Source: Marsupella aquatica
Lineage: Eukaryota; Plantae; Marchantiophyta
Direction: 5' to 3'
Assembly (NCBI GenBank): GCA_973895155.1
Contig: OZ316896.1
Span: forward strand, 18,030,754-18,094,753
DNA: 64,000 bases
Position 1 is the first letter of the stretch; each line of letters begins with the position of its first letter. Positions 36,601 to 49,525 of this stretch are shown one piece after another. The notes under the pieces are model-generated. The model did no database searches. It was given only the letters and a program-made list of their open reading frames with translations, and was not told where the DNA came from. A program made the translations under genes and the position numbers.

Positions 36601-38156
36601 TGTTCAATTAAAACCTGCTCTAGCTCCTGTGAGAATCATCTGTTATTAAGTACCTAAATACCACGTCCATTGTTTCGACAGTATACCTGATGTCCTGGTT
36701 CGTATTGGCCCCATTGTTGAAAACTTATCCGTAGGGAGATTACTTCGTGAATCTAGTAGTAAAACGATAAAGCCTGGCGATTGACACTCCACACAGACTA
36801 GCGACATCTTAGCTATGCTTGAAGTCTCTCACCAACGCGACAAGCACACATCCAATAGTGCTCCAGAATCCACGGCAATTGGGAGATTGAATTGCTGCAT
36901 GACATCCAACCTGTCTACTCATGACTTAGTCAGAACAAGTGGAATCTAGTGCATTGGCTGTTTACACAATTATACGCACCTCCAATCGTGCATGCGGCCG
37001 TCCATGATCTCAAGTCTGGAATAACAATATGATAAACGATCAAGATCCTCCGGCAAACTACCATTCTATAGGCTAAAAAATGTCAGCTATGACACACGAT
37101 ACACTCCCATGAGTGCCCAAGTTGAAGGATCACCAGGTTGGGCTCCATATTATTGCTTCATTGACTTTCTGTACCCAATCTGTGGTTCCCAGGGTCAAGA
37201 AGCCGGTCAAGTTGCTGAATGGACAGGATCGTAGCGGTACTTACGCAGGAGAAACGCAATCCAATGGGAAGGTCAATCCTAAAAAGTTGAAGGCTAAAGT
37301 AGAAGTAGGACAATGGACGGGATTTTTGTCTGTTGCTGAGTGCAAACCCTGTCGTTGGGTGCGAATCTTTACAGTTGTTGGGACTACAGTCTTCAACTCC
37401 TTATATAGGCGGTCTTGGTTGCTAGCATGTTCAGTCCAACGACATGCGCAACCAGATTCGAATCGGTACATACAGTAGCAGATGATCTTTAAATATTCAG
37501 GGTTCAGGGTCTGTCGTGAAAACAAGCTAGTACCACTAAATTCAATATGCCTTTACTTTGCCCTTCCAAGGTTGTGGGGTCTTTGAAGCACCGACTCGTC
37601 CAAGTGGAGTCGGCAACGTCAAGACATTGTCTCCCTTTGTTGGTGAAAAGCCCGTCTTCGATACTCAAGAAAGTGGCACAGAATTTGCACATCCTGGACA
37701 TTGACTCCTGTCACAACAATCCTCGAGCCAGCTGGCTCGATGTCAAGCACAGTCTTTCTCTTTAGTATTCAAAGCTAGCTAGATCCATCCAGTGAAACTT
37801 CGTTTCAATTCTTGTTTGACGAGATTCGTATCGATTCTGGAGTAGACTCAGACCTGCATTAATTGAGTCGGGATGCAAAGTCCATGGGACAACTTATCGC
37901 CCACCTCGACCACCAGTCACATGACCTCTTTTGAGACTAGTTTCGAAGCCTGTGACTTCGTGCACAACTCTCCCGGTCGCGCGCATTGTGCACAACATGA
38001 TGTGCGTGCTAATCTAAGTTGCCTGCAATGTCTGTAGCATTCATTGCTGACAGTACAGAACTGTTGAACTCTAAAATTAATACTGACCTGGGCTCAAAAG
38101 CTCCGGCAAACAAAAAAAAACCGCGTCGATCGTACCCAAAACTTTGCATATCAGTA

Positions 38157-38390
38157 CAGTGACCGAAGGCGGTCCTCACTCACTCCTCAGCATGGATGTT
38201 CACGTGGACTAATTCGCAGATTCACCGAGGACACATCTATAATCAATTAGCGTGGTGTGTAATTATCGGCATAATACAGTGACTGAAGACGGTCCCCACT
38301 CCTCAGCGTGGATGTTAGCGTGGGTGTAAGACCTGGTAACATATATATTGACCGAGGACACAGCTATAATCACTTAACGTGCTGTGTAAT
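38157..38390. repeat. ~120-bp tandem duplication
   Basis: CAGTGAC.GAAG.CGGTCC...CTCAGC.TGGATGTT...ACCGAGGACACA.CTATAATCA.TTA.CGTG.TGTGTAAT twice. Confidence 0.75.
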
Positions 38391-39227
38391 CAATCATTAT
38401 AATATGGAATCCTGCATGCTTCTGGGTCTATAGTAGTCTTCAGATTTATTATGTCACTTTCTTGGGCAATCATAATATCAGAAAATGGGGCAGCTACAAA
38501 CTTCAACAAAATTAGTATACTTGTCCAGGAACTGCAAGGTATGAAGGTACAAGGTAGCCTATATCAAAAAGTAGTGCCCGAGTATGTAACTCCCCTTTTT
38601 GTAGCCAATGTCTTAATTTCTTATAATAACCTTATATCTAATTGACCATGTTAGGTTTTAATCTTATTCTACTAAACATCTAAAGTCCTGTACCTGAACT
38701 CAAGGAATACAAAAATGTAATTAGAAAAAAATATTATAAGCTATTAAAACTTGATCACAACCAAATTATATGGCTTTTGTTTTTTAATACAGGGTCTACA
38801 ACCAAACTAGCCTGCACTTTAGTATTTTTATTAACATTCTAGAAATATTTTAATAAAAATTATAACATCTTTAGGAATTGTTTCTAATTTTCTGTGGAAA
38901 AAGAGGAAAACCAACCTTTTACATGACTCAAAAAAATTAAAAAGTGGAAAACCCAGTTTTTCCAATTTTTAATATTTCTTATAGCCAACTTTGTAGTCCA
39001 CATAAAAATATAGACCGCTGCCTATTATACAAGAGTTGCGTACCCGGGAAGTAGTGGTTAAATATGGAGATGGAGTGGGACAGAAGATACAAGCTATTCA
39101 AGTATAGTCTACACTCAATCCGAAGTGCCTAGGGAGAAGGAAAGAGACATGATCAACCAGCAATTTTTTTCCCTTCTGAACTTTTTTTTCATTTTTGAAA
39201 AGGTTTACCTAGCTTTTTTATAAAAAA

Positions 39228-39410
39228 TCTTTACGGACCCCACTAGAGGTCCCTTCCAAAATTCCTGGCTCCACAGCGCGCCACATCATCATGGCGCGCT
39301 GCAAACAGGAACGGACTGGTTTTCACAATGAAATTATGTCACCTTTCGTGTTTGCTGCAAATTTTTGGTAAAATTGAGAACGCCATGCCGTAAAAGATGA
39401 CGTAAATTTA
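39228..39410 (-). repeat. inverted homolog of the sequence just upstream of the Kolobok-like transposase
   Basis: 39228-39288 reverse complement matches 6602-6662 at 58/61 nt; weaker match continues (ACGCCATGCCGT at ~39380 vs ACGGCATGGCGT at ~6497). Confidence 0.85.
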
Positions 39411-41039
39411 TTTCAAAAATAACCGTTTTATTTACCCGCTGTTCAGTTAGTAGTAGGCCCACCCTTGGTTTCATTTACCCCTAGTAACCAACTGCCCACC
39501 ATTTTTTGTGAATTGTGTTTCAATTCCGTAATTAAATCTTGGGCCCTAGTAACCAACTGCCCACATGGTCACTGATTCAATAGTGAGCAAAACGGTTGAC
39601 ACGAACACCTCCCCATCCTAGAATGTCCTCTTTCCCGATCCAGTAGTGGCAATACAATCTACTCCAAATGACGACAAGAACAAAACAGAGCAAAGCACAG
39701 ACAATCAAAGAGTGTAGTCGACAGAAAGGATGGGAGGGGGGATTAGAGGAAGGTGCTTTTCATGAACGAAAATGATGCATGAATGGGATGCGCACAAATA
39801 CGATCTTCAGACGTGGAGGGATCCATAAGGACAGCAAACCGAATAGAGAATTGATAAGAGGAACTCGAGCGACTTCATAAGGAAAGAATCGAGCAACTTC
39901 ATAAGGATAGAACTCAAGGCACTTAGTTGATCTCTTGACGTCTCCAACAACAAGAATCGGGAAGCGCAGAAGGATCGCAAGAATTGAACCTGAAAGACTC
40001 GTACCCGAAGGCTTTGAAACGAGAGCCTGGGAAACACTCAACAAAAGCAGAAGTAGACGAGATCACTGACAGATGATTGGGGCAGGAAGAAGAAAAACGA
40101 GTAGAACTCATAAGCACAGGTCCAGAAGGAAGGACGATCGACTATGAGACAAACAAAGCACTGGAATGACATGCTACATGCTCCGCGCGAACCTGAATAA
40201 CCATTGAAGTGAGTCCGAATCTAAGCTTTATTCGTTTCTCCTACGCGATAGTGCAAAGCAAGATTGACTCTCTCTTTTTCTCTTTCTTTAGCGGAAGGTC
40301 AAGTTCATCCGCACACAAGAGGCAGTCAGAAGCGCAATTCTCAGTCATGGCTAACAAACAATAGTCTCTCTTCAGTTGAGGAAATCACCCTAGTCCTCAG
40401 TGAGAGCTCTGACTGCCGAGAGACTGGCGGTCACCAACGATTCAACTATTTCCATTCCATCTGCTTTAGCGATGAGCAATCCCACCGACATATCTATTTC
40501 ACATATTGTCCAAAACATACCTCACATACAATCAAAACAGATAGGGGTCCACGAAGTAATTAGGTGGGGAGACAATTTGGGGGGTTGTAGTTATTTTGTA
40601 TTTGAGGATCACACCATGTTTCTTTAAGTCTAGTTGGTTGTTGTGTGATGGGGTTTTTTCTTTGAGGAAAAAGAGGGACAAATGTTTTTTAGGTGCCACT
40701 GTTTTTGGGTCACTTGGTTGTTGAATGCACATATTTAGGTGGAAGGTGTTTAATATTCATCTTGGCCACCCTTGGCTCTCCTCAGTCTATCAGCACCTTG
40801 GGGTCACTCCCCAATCCCAATTAATTACATATATAACAATACTTTTTCATCCATTATATCTTTTGCACTTCCAACGACAAGATCTCTCCAATGATATCTC
40901 TGCACAATGTCATCATTTCCACACCAATGTCTTTTGCACAACAAAATCTTTTATGCATTGACATCTTTTACATTAGCTTCTGTGCAAAGCACGGGTAATA
41001 TAGCTCAGCCTTCCCTTACTAACAGTTGTTGACAATATT

Positions 41040-41264
41040 GAGTCTCATCTCAATTGACATCTTTGCCTCACCTTGACATTTTTGCCTCACCTCAACCTCT
41101 TTGCCTCAACCCCCTAACATCCCCGGCTAACATCTTTGTCTCACCTTAACATCTTTGTCTTACCTTGATATCTAAACTTGCCTTGACATCTTTGCTGCCT
41201 CACCCCGGCCGACATTTTGGTCTCACCTCAACATCTTCTGTGCAATGCACAGGTATTGGGCTAG
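41040..41264 (+). mobile_element. Helitron 3' terminus with CCTCACCTTGACATC-type minisatellite
   Basis: hairpin CTGTGCAATGCACAG (41238-41252), 8-nt spacer, CTAG (41261-41264) followed by T, the canonical plant Helitron 3' end; second decayed hairpin TGTGCAAAGCACGGG at 40981. Confidence 0.75.
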
Positions 41265-42145
41265 TTATCTGCATATTTGATGTGGTCACAAGACATGTCC
41301 ACACCCGCTACCCCAGTTCAGTTTCTGACGGCAACCTGCTCAATTTGCTCGAGATACCTGACATCAATTGAATTATAGTCTTTGGGCTGCCCCACGAAGC
41401 AACAAAACTCCCTCTTATGCGACGGACAAATAATTAGTAACCACTGTAGTTTGAGCACTGCTTTTCTTGTAAGTTCCACACTAGCTAACAAGTCCTCCGA
41501 AAAGCCCTGAACACTCTAGACAGTGCAAAATGTATCTTAGATCTATCATAGTGATCAGGAGTGTAATATCTTTGCTCAGTAACCATATCATTCAAGAATT
41601 CTAAGGTTTTTCAATACTATCCAAACTTGATAGAAAAAAAGAGAGAAAGAAAATTCTATTGCACCGAAAGGGCCAAACAAAGTACAATGAAGAGCAAACA
41701 AAAGGAGTCCAAATAGGACAAATGAAAAAGAAGCAAGACAGTGGAACCCTGAGAAAAAAAGGGAAAACAAGGTGGGCCCGGATTCACTGGTGCTCTGGTC
41801 TTGCGTGCACTATTATATTATTTTAGACACTCTAGAATAATTATTTCATAAACACGTTAGTCTAATACATAGCGGACGACATGGTCCATCGCCAAGTGAG
41901 CTTCAAGTCTACGCGTATGGTGCTTGTACAGTACAATTTCTATGGATCCAGAGTCTGCACAAGGTCTACCATAGAATTGGAATCCTCCCATCTATTGCGG
42001 ATAAAGATGAAGACTACCAAGTCTAGGTCTTCTATACCAAGTCCTGTCGAAGGATACCAGGTCCAGTTTCTCACAGAATGGACATCTGGCAACATTGAAC
42101 TTAAAACACTTCCGTATCTGACCGTTGTAGACTGTGGGCAGTCAG

Positions 42146-42217
42146 GTTCTGGCCACGAGCAGATCCAGTACTTTCATGGTAGTTCTGGCCACGAGCAGAT
42201 CCAGTACTTTCATGGTA
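42146..42217. repeat. perfect 36-bp tandem duplication upstream of the lipase gene
   Basis: GTTCTGGCCACGAGCAGATCCAGTACTTTCATGGTA x2. Confidence 0.9.
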
Positions 42218-42748
42218 GAACTACGTTTGGTTCATTCTTCCCGTGTTTTTGAGACATAATCTTACAAGGTAACACGCAAAGAGACACGGTAGTCCCCATT
42301 AATGAGCACGGGCGAAAATCAGGTAGCTTCGTCGATATAGACAAGTAAAGGATCCAAAAGGTTTCGTTTGACCCCCCGTTTGACCATTGTTGCTAAAATT
42401 TTCATCATTATCCATTTTGGCCGAAGCGCGCAGAGGTGGGACTATCTGAGAACCTAAAGGTCTAGAAGCGCGAAAGTCGTCGAGGGTAGCTTGTGTCCCT
42501 TGGTCTGAATCGGATGCTTATGGAGTTTATCAGAGTATCCAATGGGAAGTGGCGACAATTGCTTGCCAGGCCAGACCGATGAGGTTAATAACAGCTCATA
42601 GTCTGGATCGGAGGATATATCTACTTCGCCTTGACTGAGCTTAGAACACAAAGATGTGTATCTCGCGAATAGCGTTAGCCTTGAACGTGTTTCAGTTCTC
42701 GAGTAGACCGGAAATTTGTTTCTCCAGTCTGCCGAGCTGGTGACAAAC

Positions 42749-42756
42749 CTATAAAG
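42749..42756 (+). promoter_or_regulatory. candidate TATA box of the lipase gene
   Basis: CTATAAAG about 480 bp upstream of the ATG; plausible 5'UTR intron (CAG|GTAGGA at ~42915 to an acceptor at ~43018-43025) in between. Confidence 0.4.
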
Positions 42757-43229
42757 CGTTGCGCGCATTTGTGAAGAGCAGGATTTGGAGTGCAAGCACA
42801 AATTGAGCTTTAATTTCCATTCGCATATTGAATTAGTGGTGCGTTTTCTGAACCACGCCGAGGAAAATGAACGTATCGTGCTAGTTTCTTTTACATGTAT
42901 CGATCCGAGACCAGGTAGGAATTGTAAAAATGAAAAACCGGAAGGTCGTCCAGCTTAATGGCTATATTTGCCATAGTGTGTAGCCCAACTTACACTTCAG
43001 TTGTGCCATTTGTTGCAGCTCTCAGGTTTTATTGAGCAGCCTCTCTTCCACCCACAGTCTTCAGAAGAAACATTCGGACTCGAGATATAACGCCAGGCGG
43101 AGACAAGCTGAAAGCCAACACGTTCAATTCCCGGGTATCACGTTTCACTGGATCTGCTGCGTACAGGTGGTTGCAGCTGGCTTGGCTAACATTGCTCACA
43201 TTTACATCATTCAATAGCCGACGGATACC

Positions 43230-46200
43230 ATGGCTAGGAACGGGAATCCTAACAGTACTCGGAAGAGGGTTCAGTCCGGGGAAGACGGACATGACTCAAG
43301 TCGAGATGAGGACTTCTTGGCTGCACTTCCACAACAAAGGAGTCCGTTCCATTACTTATTCAACATGCTAAAAGACGGAAACCTTGCCCAGACGACTGCC
43401 CCGGAACATGTGTTTACAAAAATGAACAACACCACAACTTGGCAAGAACGCTTGGCAATGCTCCTGATGCAGACAGTGAGCTTCGTGAGTATTCCTTTGG
43501 CAAAGGTTGGGCAAACGCTAGAAGACATCGGAAACATCGTCGTCGCCAACGGAGGTATCATAACGACTCTTTGGAGACTCCTTTACAGTTTCCTGTTCTT
43601 CTTGAAGAAAGGTGAGTCGTCCTCCTGAATATATTCAGGCGCTCTCTATCTAGAGCTTCCAAATCTTCAATTTGCTGGTTGCTGGTCCTTCTAGGCGTAC
43701 CTATATCTTTTGATGCAGTGAGGATAACTGGGTTGTATCAACTGAATTGTATCACCTAAAGTGTCCCGTGCCATATAGCTCGATAAGCGGTCAGTTGAAG
43801 ATTAGATATTCTAAGTCCCTTCCATTCTACCAATGTGGGTTCCTTGGTGTTGATTTGACTGTTTCCTTCGAGTAGTTTCTTTGGACTTCTGAAAGATAAC
43901 GCTTCTGGAGACTCGTTTGATGTCACGTAATGGACAGCAGACACTTTGGCCGTTCCAGTCCAAGACTCAGCAGGCTACTTGAGTATCGTTTGTTTGACGG
44001 ATCCTCGAAAGGATCTAATCTCCGACCCGCCATCGAGCGCTGACCATGGAGATACGACTACAAGCAACGACATCTTTCCTGGCCCAGGTGCCGGAGATAG
44101 AAGAATAGCCGATGTGATGCTAATGGCATCTAAGTTCGCTTACGAAAATGAAGTTGTTGTTAAAGACGTTGTCACAAACTCATGGCAGGTAAGTGAAGCG
44201 ATGTATATATACTTTTCAACTCCCAAAGCTGCTGATATTGGGTTGCAATGGGACCATTATTAAACTTTAAGAGACTCAAGGTTCAGAGTTGCTTAATTGG
44301 CTCTAACAGAACGATTGTTTGGAGGCTTGCTTGTTTTACCAACATGCATTCGTTAAAACTGATAGTTTAGATCCAGTCTGATTTCCGTAAAATGCTGTAT
44401 CGATCCAGATATCATCGTTTATGCTCTCTTTCCGATCGTCTGCTTCTAAGTATGACACCTGTACCATTTAAAGTGGCGCGTATACACTTGCTTGTCACTT
44501 AGCCTTCAGACGGGGATTAGATCTGTTGTGCTTCTCACATCTATTTGTACAGTGGCGCGTCTACACTTGCTTGTCACTTACCGTCAGACGGGGATTAGAT
44601 CTGTCAGTTGTGTTTCTCTCATCTACTTATACTCGAATTTTCAATGAAACGGTTGCGTATTTTCGTCGGGATTTTCATTTCTCACTTTTCATGCAAAAGT
44701 TCTTTCAAGTTCTCAATTATAGATCTACCTACTGTTAAGAATCAAAACAAGTCTCTCGAACGTACTGACTTTTATTGGCCAGAATAACTAATTATGGCTT
44801 CTGGGTCGGAAATTATGCGCAGATGAACTTCGTGGGCTCTTATAATTGCTGGAACGGTGAGTCATCTGTAATTCTTATCGATCAGAGCATTGTGGGAGCT
44901 TTGGTCTGCTTTATTTGTCGGCTTTGTTACTGCGAGATCTACGAAAATCATCATTAACTCACCAGATAGTCGATCAATAATTTCTTTAGGCAGATTGAAT
45001 GTGACCATAGTTTGTGAAATCGGTAATATAACCAGCTCTAAGTATTGTTACCAAAAGATGGCTGAGATTCAATTCAAGGACTGAAAGATCGGAGATGACC
45101 GGTGTCTTTTTCAGAGTATCAGCAACGATTTTGCAGGCAGGTCTTTATCTTCACGGACAGAGCACACGACGCAAATGCAGTAGTCGTGGCCTGGCGAGGC
45201 ACAGCCGCTTTCACCGCAGAAGACTGGATCACGGACGTGGATTTCTCATGGTATGACTTGCAAGGAGGCGTCGGGAGAGTGCATTTGGGGTTCCTGGAAT
45301 GTCTGGGCCTGGGTGATCGGCATAACATGGACACTTTCTTTAAATTCCGAGACAATTGCCGCGCAAAGAAGGAGAAGGACGACCAGGCGAAAAAAGTCGA
45401 GCCAGAGGAAACTCAAAGCTCACCACCTGCCTCAGGGCTGTCCCAAGACATCATCGATGCGCCAGAAAAGATTCTCGCGTATGACGACATTACCAAGGTG
45501 GTCAAAGGTTTACTCGAGAAGAATCCTAAAGCAAAGGTGTACATCACTGGCCACAGTCTGGGGGGCGCGTTGTCTGTGCTATACGCGGGGATGTTGTACT
45601 ACTTTGGAGAAGACTCGGTGACAGACAGAATAGCTGCAGTGTACACATTCGGGCAACCTCGTGTGGGCGACAAGACGTTCGGCAAGTTCATGGATGAGAC
45701 CCTCAGAATGGACCGGTACTTCAGGGTGGTCTATTCCAATGACATCGTTCCTAGATTGCCGTTCGATGACTCTTTCTTTTCATACAAGCACTGGGGACTG
45801 TGCTTCTACTTCACTAGTTTTTATACAGGGCTGGTAATGAAAGCTTCCTTGCCTGATTCTGCTCTTCAATGCTACCTAAATTAAAGATGATCATCTGATC
45901 TCGAATAGTTCAGTATTTTGGAATCAGTAGATCAGGTCTGCTTATTCTTTTAGTTATCTAGATTTCGTCATCTAAATGACCCACTGGTGGATTTTGCAGA
46001 CATTAACGGAGGAGCCCAACCGAAATTTCTTCAACACAAGCATCTGGAGTTTCGTGACCATACACTTGAACGCTGTCTATGAGCTGATAGCTGGTCGTTT
46101 CATGGGCTACGAGCACGGATCTTCGTACGAAGAAACGTTTCTTGGATTTTTGTGCAGAGTCGTGGCGCTGCTTTTTCCTGGAGTTGGAGCGCACAACCCG

Positions 46201-46275
46201 ATGAACTACTGCAATTCACTGCGCCTAGGCAAACCAATGCCTCTCGCTGCAACCCTGGTTGAAAATCTGGATTAG
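43230..46275 (+). CDS. class 3 triacylglycerol lipase, OBL1 (oil body lipase)-like, 5 exons, ~552 aa
   Basis: exons 43230-43611, 43941-44188, 44823-44856, 45115-45833, 46000-46275 in frame (1659 nt); motifs MASKFAYEN, MNFVGSYNCWN, VVAWRGT, DWITDVDFSW, VHLGF, ITGHSLGGAL (catalytic Ser), VYTFGQPRVGD, RVVYSNDIVPRLP, AHNPMNY; N-terminal hydrophobic stretch. Confidence 0.93.
44472..44604. repeat. ~55-bp direct repeat pair in lipase intron 2
   Basis: AGTGGCGCGT(A/C)TACACTTGCTTGTCACTTA.CC.TCAGACGGGGATTAGATCTGT twice. Confidence 0.85.
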
Positions 46276-49200
46276 TACAGTAGAGGTCCGCGAAGAACTG
46301 TACATCGAGACCCGCCAGCACATGCATGGTTTGGGAGTCTGCAAGACCTTCAGGGATTCCTTGGCAAATGTTTCCTTTTTAAACCTCAGTCGCCGGCATG
46401 CATTACGTACTGGTGGTCCACTCTGAGTAGATCGTGCCCATGCACCACCAGCACAGTCAAATTTTGATTGCGTTTATAGGATGAGGCCACATGATCTTCC
46501 GCAACTAATTAGTGTGGGAGACAAATCGTGCTCCTTCAGCTGCCAATTTAGATCGATTGGGGGGTCACAAGAGGTTCGTCGTGCAGTACTCTAGAGATTC
46601 TACAAAGTAGTTCATATAAATATATATTATATATATCACTTAGCACATCAGTACGATATCAATTGAAGATCTTTGTGTCTAGTACGTCCAAAAGATTACC
46701 AAGGAATAAGCGGGCGAAGAAACAGCTATCTCCAAATCTTTTGGCCCGTCTATCTATATATCTATATCTATGTATATATTATCTGGAATTAACTTCAACT
46801 GATTGATCGAGCACACACAATGTGTGATGAAGATGCCCGTGAAGTAGGTGCACTAACTGCTGAGCTGGACCATGCAACACAGTCTTTGTAGCGGGGCAAC
46901 GTTGATCGGGAGCTGGATTGCACGAAGTTCTAGCCGACCTCATTTTTGCCCTGAACATGCATCGTCGTTTCGTGCGATGCACTATGTATCGTAGGACGGG
47001 AGATACGTACAGGTGGATATATATAATACGTGTCAGTTACTGAGTCTGTCCTACGCCATTTTGTACCTTCTCTTAGAATCCACACTAATATAATTATTCT
47101 CGACTTTGGCCGTGGACTATTGCCATGCAATGTACATTACAAGGGTTTTGCAAAGGTATACCTGGACCTGAGGGTCCAGAACGCAATCTGTGGGCAGTCC
47201 ATTGTTCTATGCCCTGAAGCAATGTGGTGGTGTGGAGTTGATTTGATGTAAGAACCCGAGTCCCACGAACGAAACAAATTCTGTATTGATGTAGAAATGA
47301 AGTTAGAAATTTCTGAAGTGTCCGTGTGCACTCCAAAACTCTGGCAAGGAACTGTTCAAATAAATCAAGTGGTCCATAATCATTTGGAAATTGTACAACT
47401 TGGTGCTTTGCACCCTTTCCCTGTGTGCAACACAAGGCATTCACACGAGATTTCCCCCCTCACCAGCGAGCAAGCACAGCTTTTTTGCAATTCAATGGTT
47501 ACCATTGAGGTCGACAAGCTAGGTAGACATTCAAGTCTGACCTATGGCTGGCCTTTTCCGGACACAGAAATAGGAATCTCTGTATTCATCGAGGTTAAAC
47601 TAGTGGCATAAATATTCCATGTGGTGCATACAACTAATTTAGGTCTCCCAGTTTCGATGTCATCGTGTAACTACGAACAGAAAGACCACCAAGGTTTGAT
47701 CTGTGCAAGAGATTATCTGAAATTGCCCAACTAATAATCCCTAGCATGAGAAGAAGAAAATCTTTGGGAAGATAATATATGGACCATCTAATCCCTAACA
47801 TGAGAAGAAGAAAACCCTTGGGAAGATCATATAGTGGACCCTCAGTGGGACTTGAACCGACAGTAACCTGCCTACTCAGGCTGGAAGTAAGAACTCAGAG
47901 ACACTGGACCCAATCAAGAGCCAAATGCTACTGAGGGAGAATGGTGCAGTTTAGGGTCACCATCACTCTGTCAAAGGGTGCGCATCTTTTCATGAATATA
48001 ACGGAAGAAATGATTGATTAATTTCCTTCACCAAGGAGAGGGGACACGGATGAATGAATGAATGAATGCACACTAAAAGCCCAGGTTCACGGAGGAGAAT
48101 GACAGTAAGCGAAAGAAGAACTGTTTACTTGTAGACAAGACTAACAATTATCTCCCTTTTAAACGCGGGTTTAAACGTGAATGATAGGGATTCAAGCGTG
48201 GAACCACCGACTTGAATCAACACAGTAGACTAACAGATGTAAAAATCAGTCCAGTATAATAAAAATGAAATGGGAATGAGCTGGACTTCTTTCAAGAAAG
48301 ACTCACCCTTCCATCTCCAGAAGAAAAAAGGTTAATCGACCCAGCAGCACACAGTAAAAGAGACTATAATTCTGCCCAGTTAAAACCCCAACACTTTGAC
48401 TCGAACTTCACAATTGCTGTCAATTTGCGTTTTCCTCTTGTTTGTCCGGACGGAGTAACTGCCTGGCTCTTTGCCATGAAAGTTAGATTGGAGGCCAGGC
48501 TGTCATACAAAGATTGGCAATATCGTGTCTAGCGATGCATATCTTGCGAAGAGAAACAGACCTGTCGAGTTGAGAAGTGGAGAATCAGTAATTTTAATTG
48601 ATATCGTTGCAGGTTAAGAATGGCAGGTTAGCAGTGGAGGTCCTGGCTGGTGGTTTCCCAGTACGTGCCTCCAGAAGAACACTCCTAACGTTCCATTCAC
48701 ACCCTCCACTCGACGTTTCGAGAATGGCAGTAAGTATTAATGTATACTAGAGTGAGGATGGAAGGGGTATCACCAAGCTAAAGCAGAAATTTCAGGAAGG
48801 GTCCCGCCAAGTAAATGACTTCGATCACGAGTCCCACCAAAGCACATTTCTTAATTTGTTAAGAACATGTGAGGCAGCCATAAGGAATACCGGGGGGAAT
48901 ACCGCCATCTCACTGCAGGACAGAAGTTTCCACTGTGGTCTACAATACTCATGGCAATCTCCCTAGATTTGTGCAGCCACTGTAGGTCTTTGCTGAAGTA
49001 CATCGATCCACCTAGATTCATGGACAAGCGTGACGTCTTGGCTACTATGGCAGATCCCGGTTCACTAGATCGGTCTCCCTAGATTTGCGGAGAATTGTTA
49101 CATCCAAGTTCTGCGGCAGGTCCGAGCAGACATGAGGATGTTGGTAAAAAGGCCATAAATGTCCCCATTGTAAAATCTAGCAGATATGCACAGCAGCTTA

Positions 49201-49525
49201 ATTTTGAGGGGTTTTCGATTATGGCCAGTGTGGCAAATGTCACCTTGTTAAGGATTCTAGATTAATTTTTCACTGTCAAATCTCGTTACATCAAGGCTGT
49301 TCATTCTATTTTGGATCATATGTCTAAGGCTAGGTGGAAAACTAGCTCATGAAAAACAAAACAACCCACCTAAAAGTGGGGAAGATTCTCTAGAAGGTGA
49401 GATCTAGACCAGAAAAATGCTGGAGCACAGGACTGATAGCAACTAGATCACATCATTAGGAGCTGGAATGCCATTCTTTGAATGTTAATAAGAATGAAAC
49501 AAAAAATATGATTCATATTAACATT

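Noticed and set aside
6480-39410. Giant 33-kb transposon bounded by the 6602-6662 / 39228-39288 inverted match
   Set aside because: The left copy is internal to the TTAA/TIR-defined element (4612-13631), homology fades outward and no TSD flanks the pair; better explained as a separate relic.
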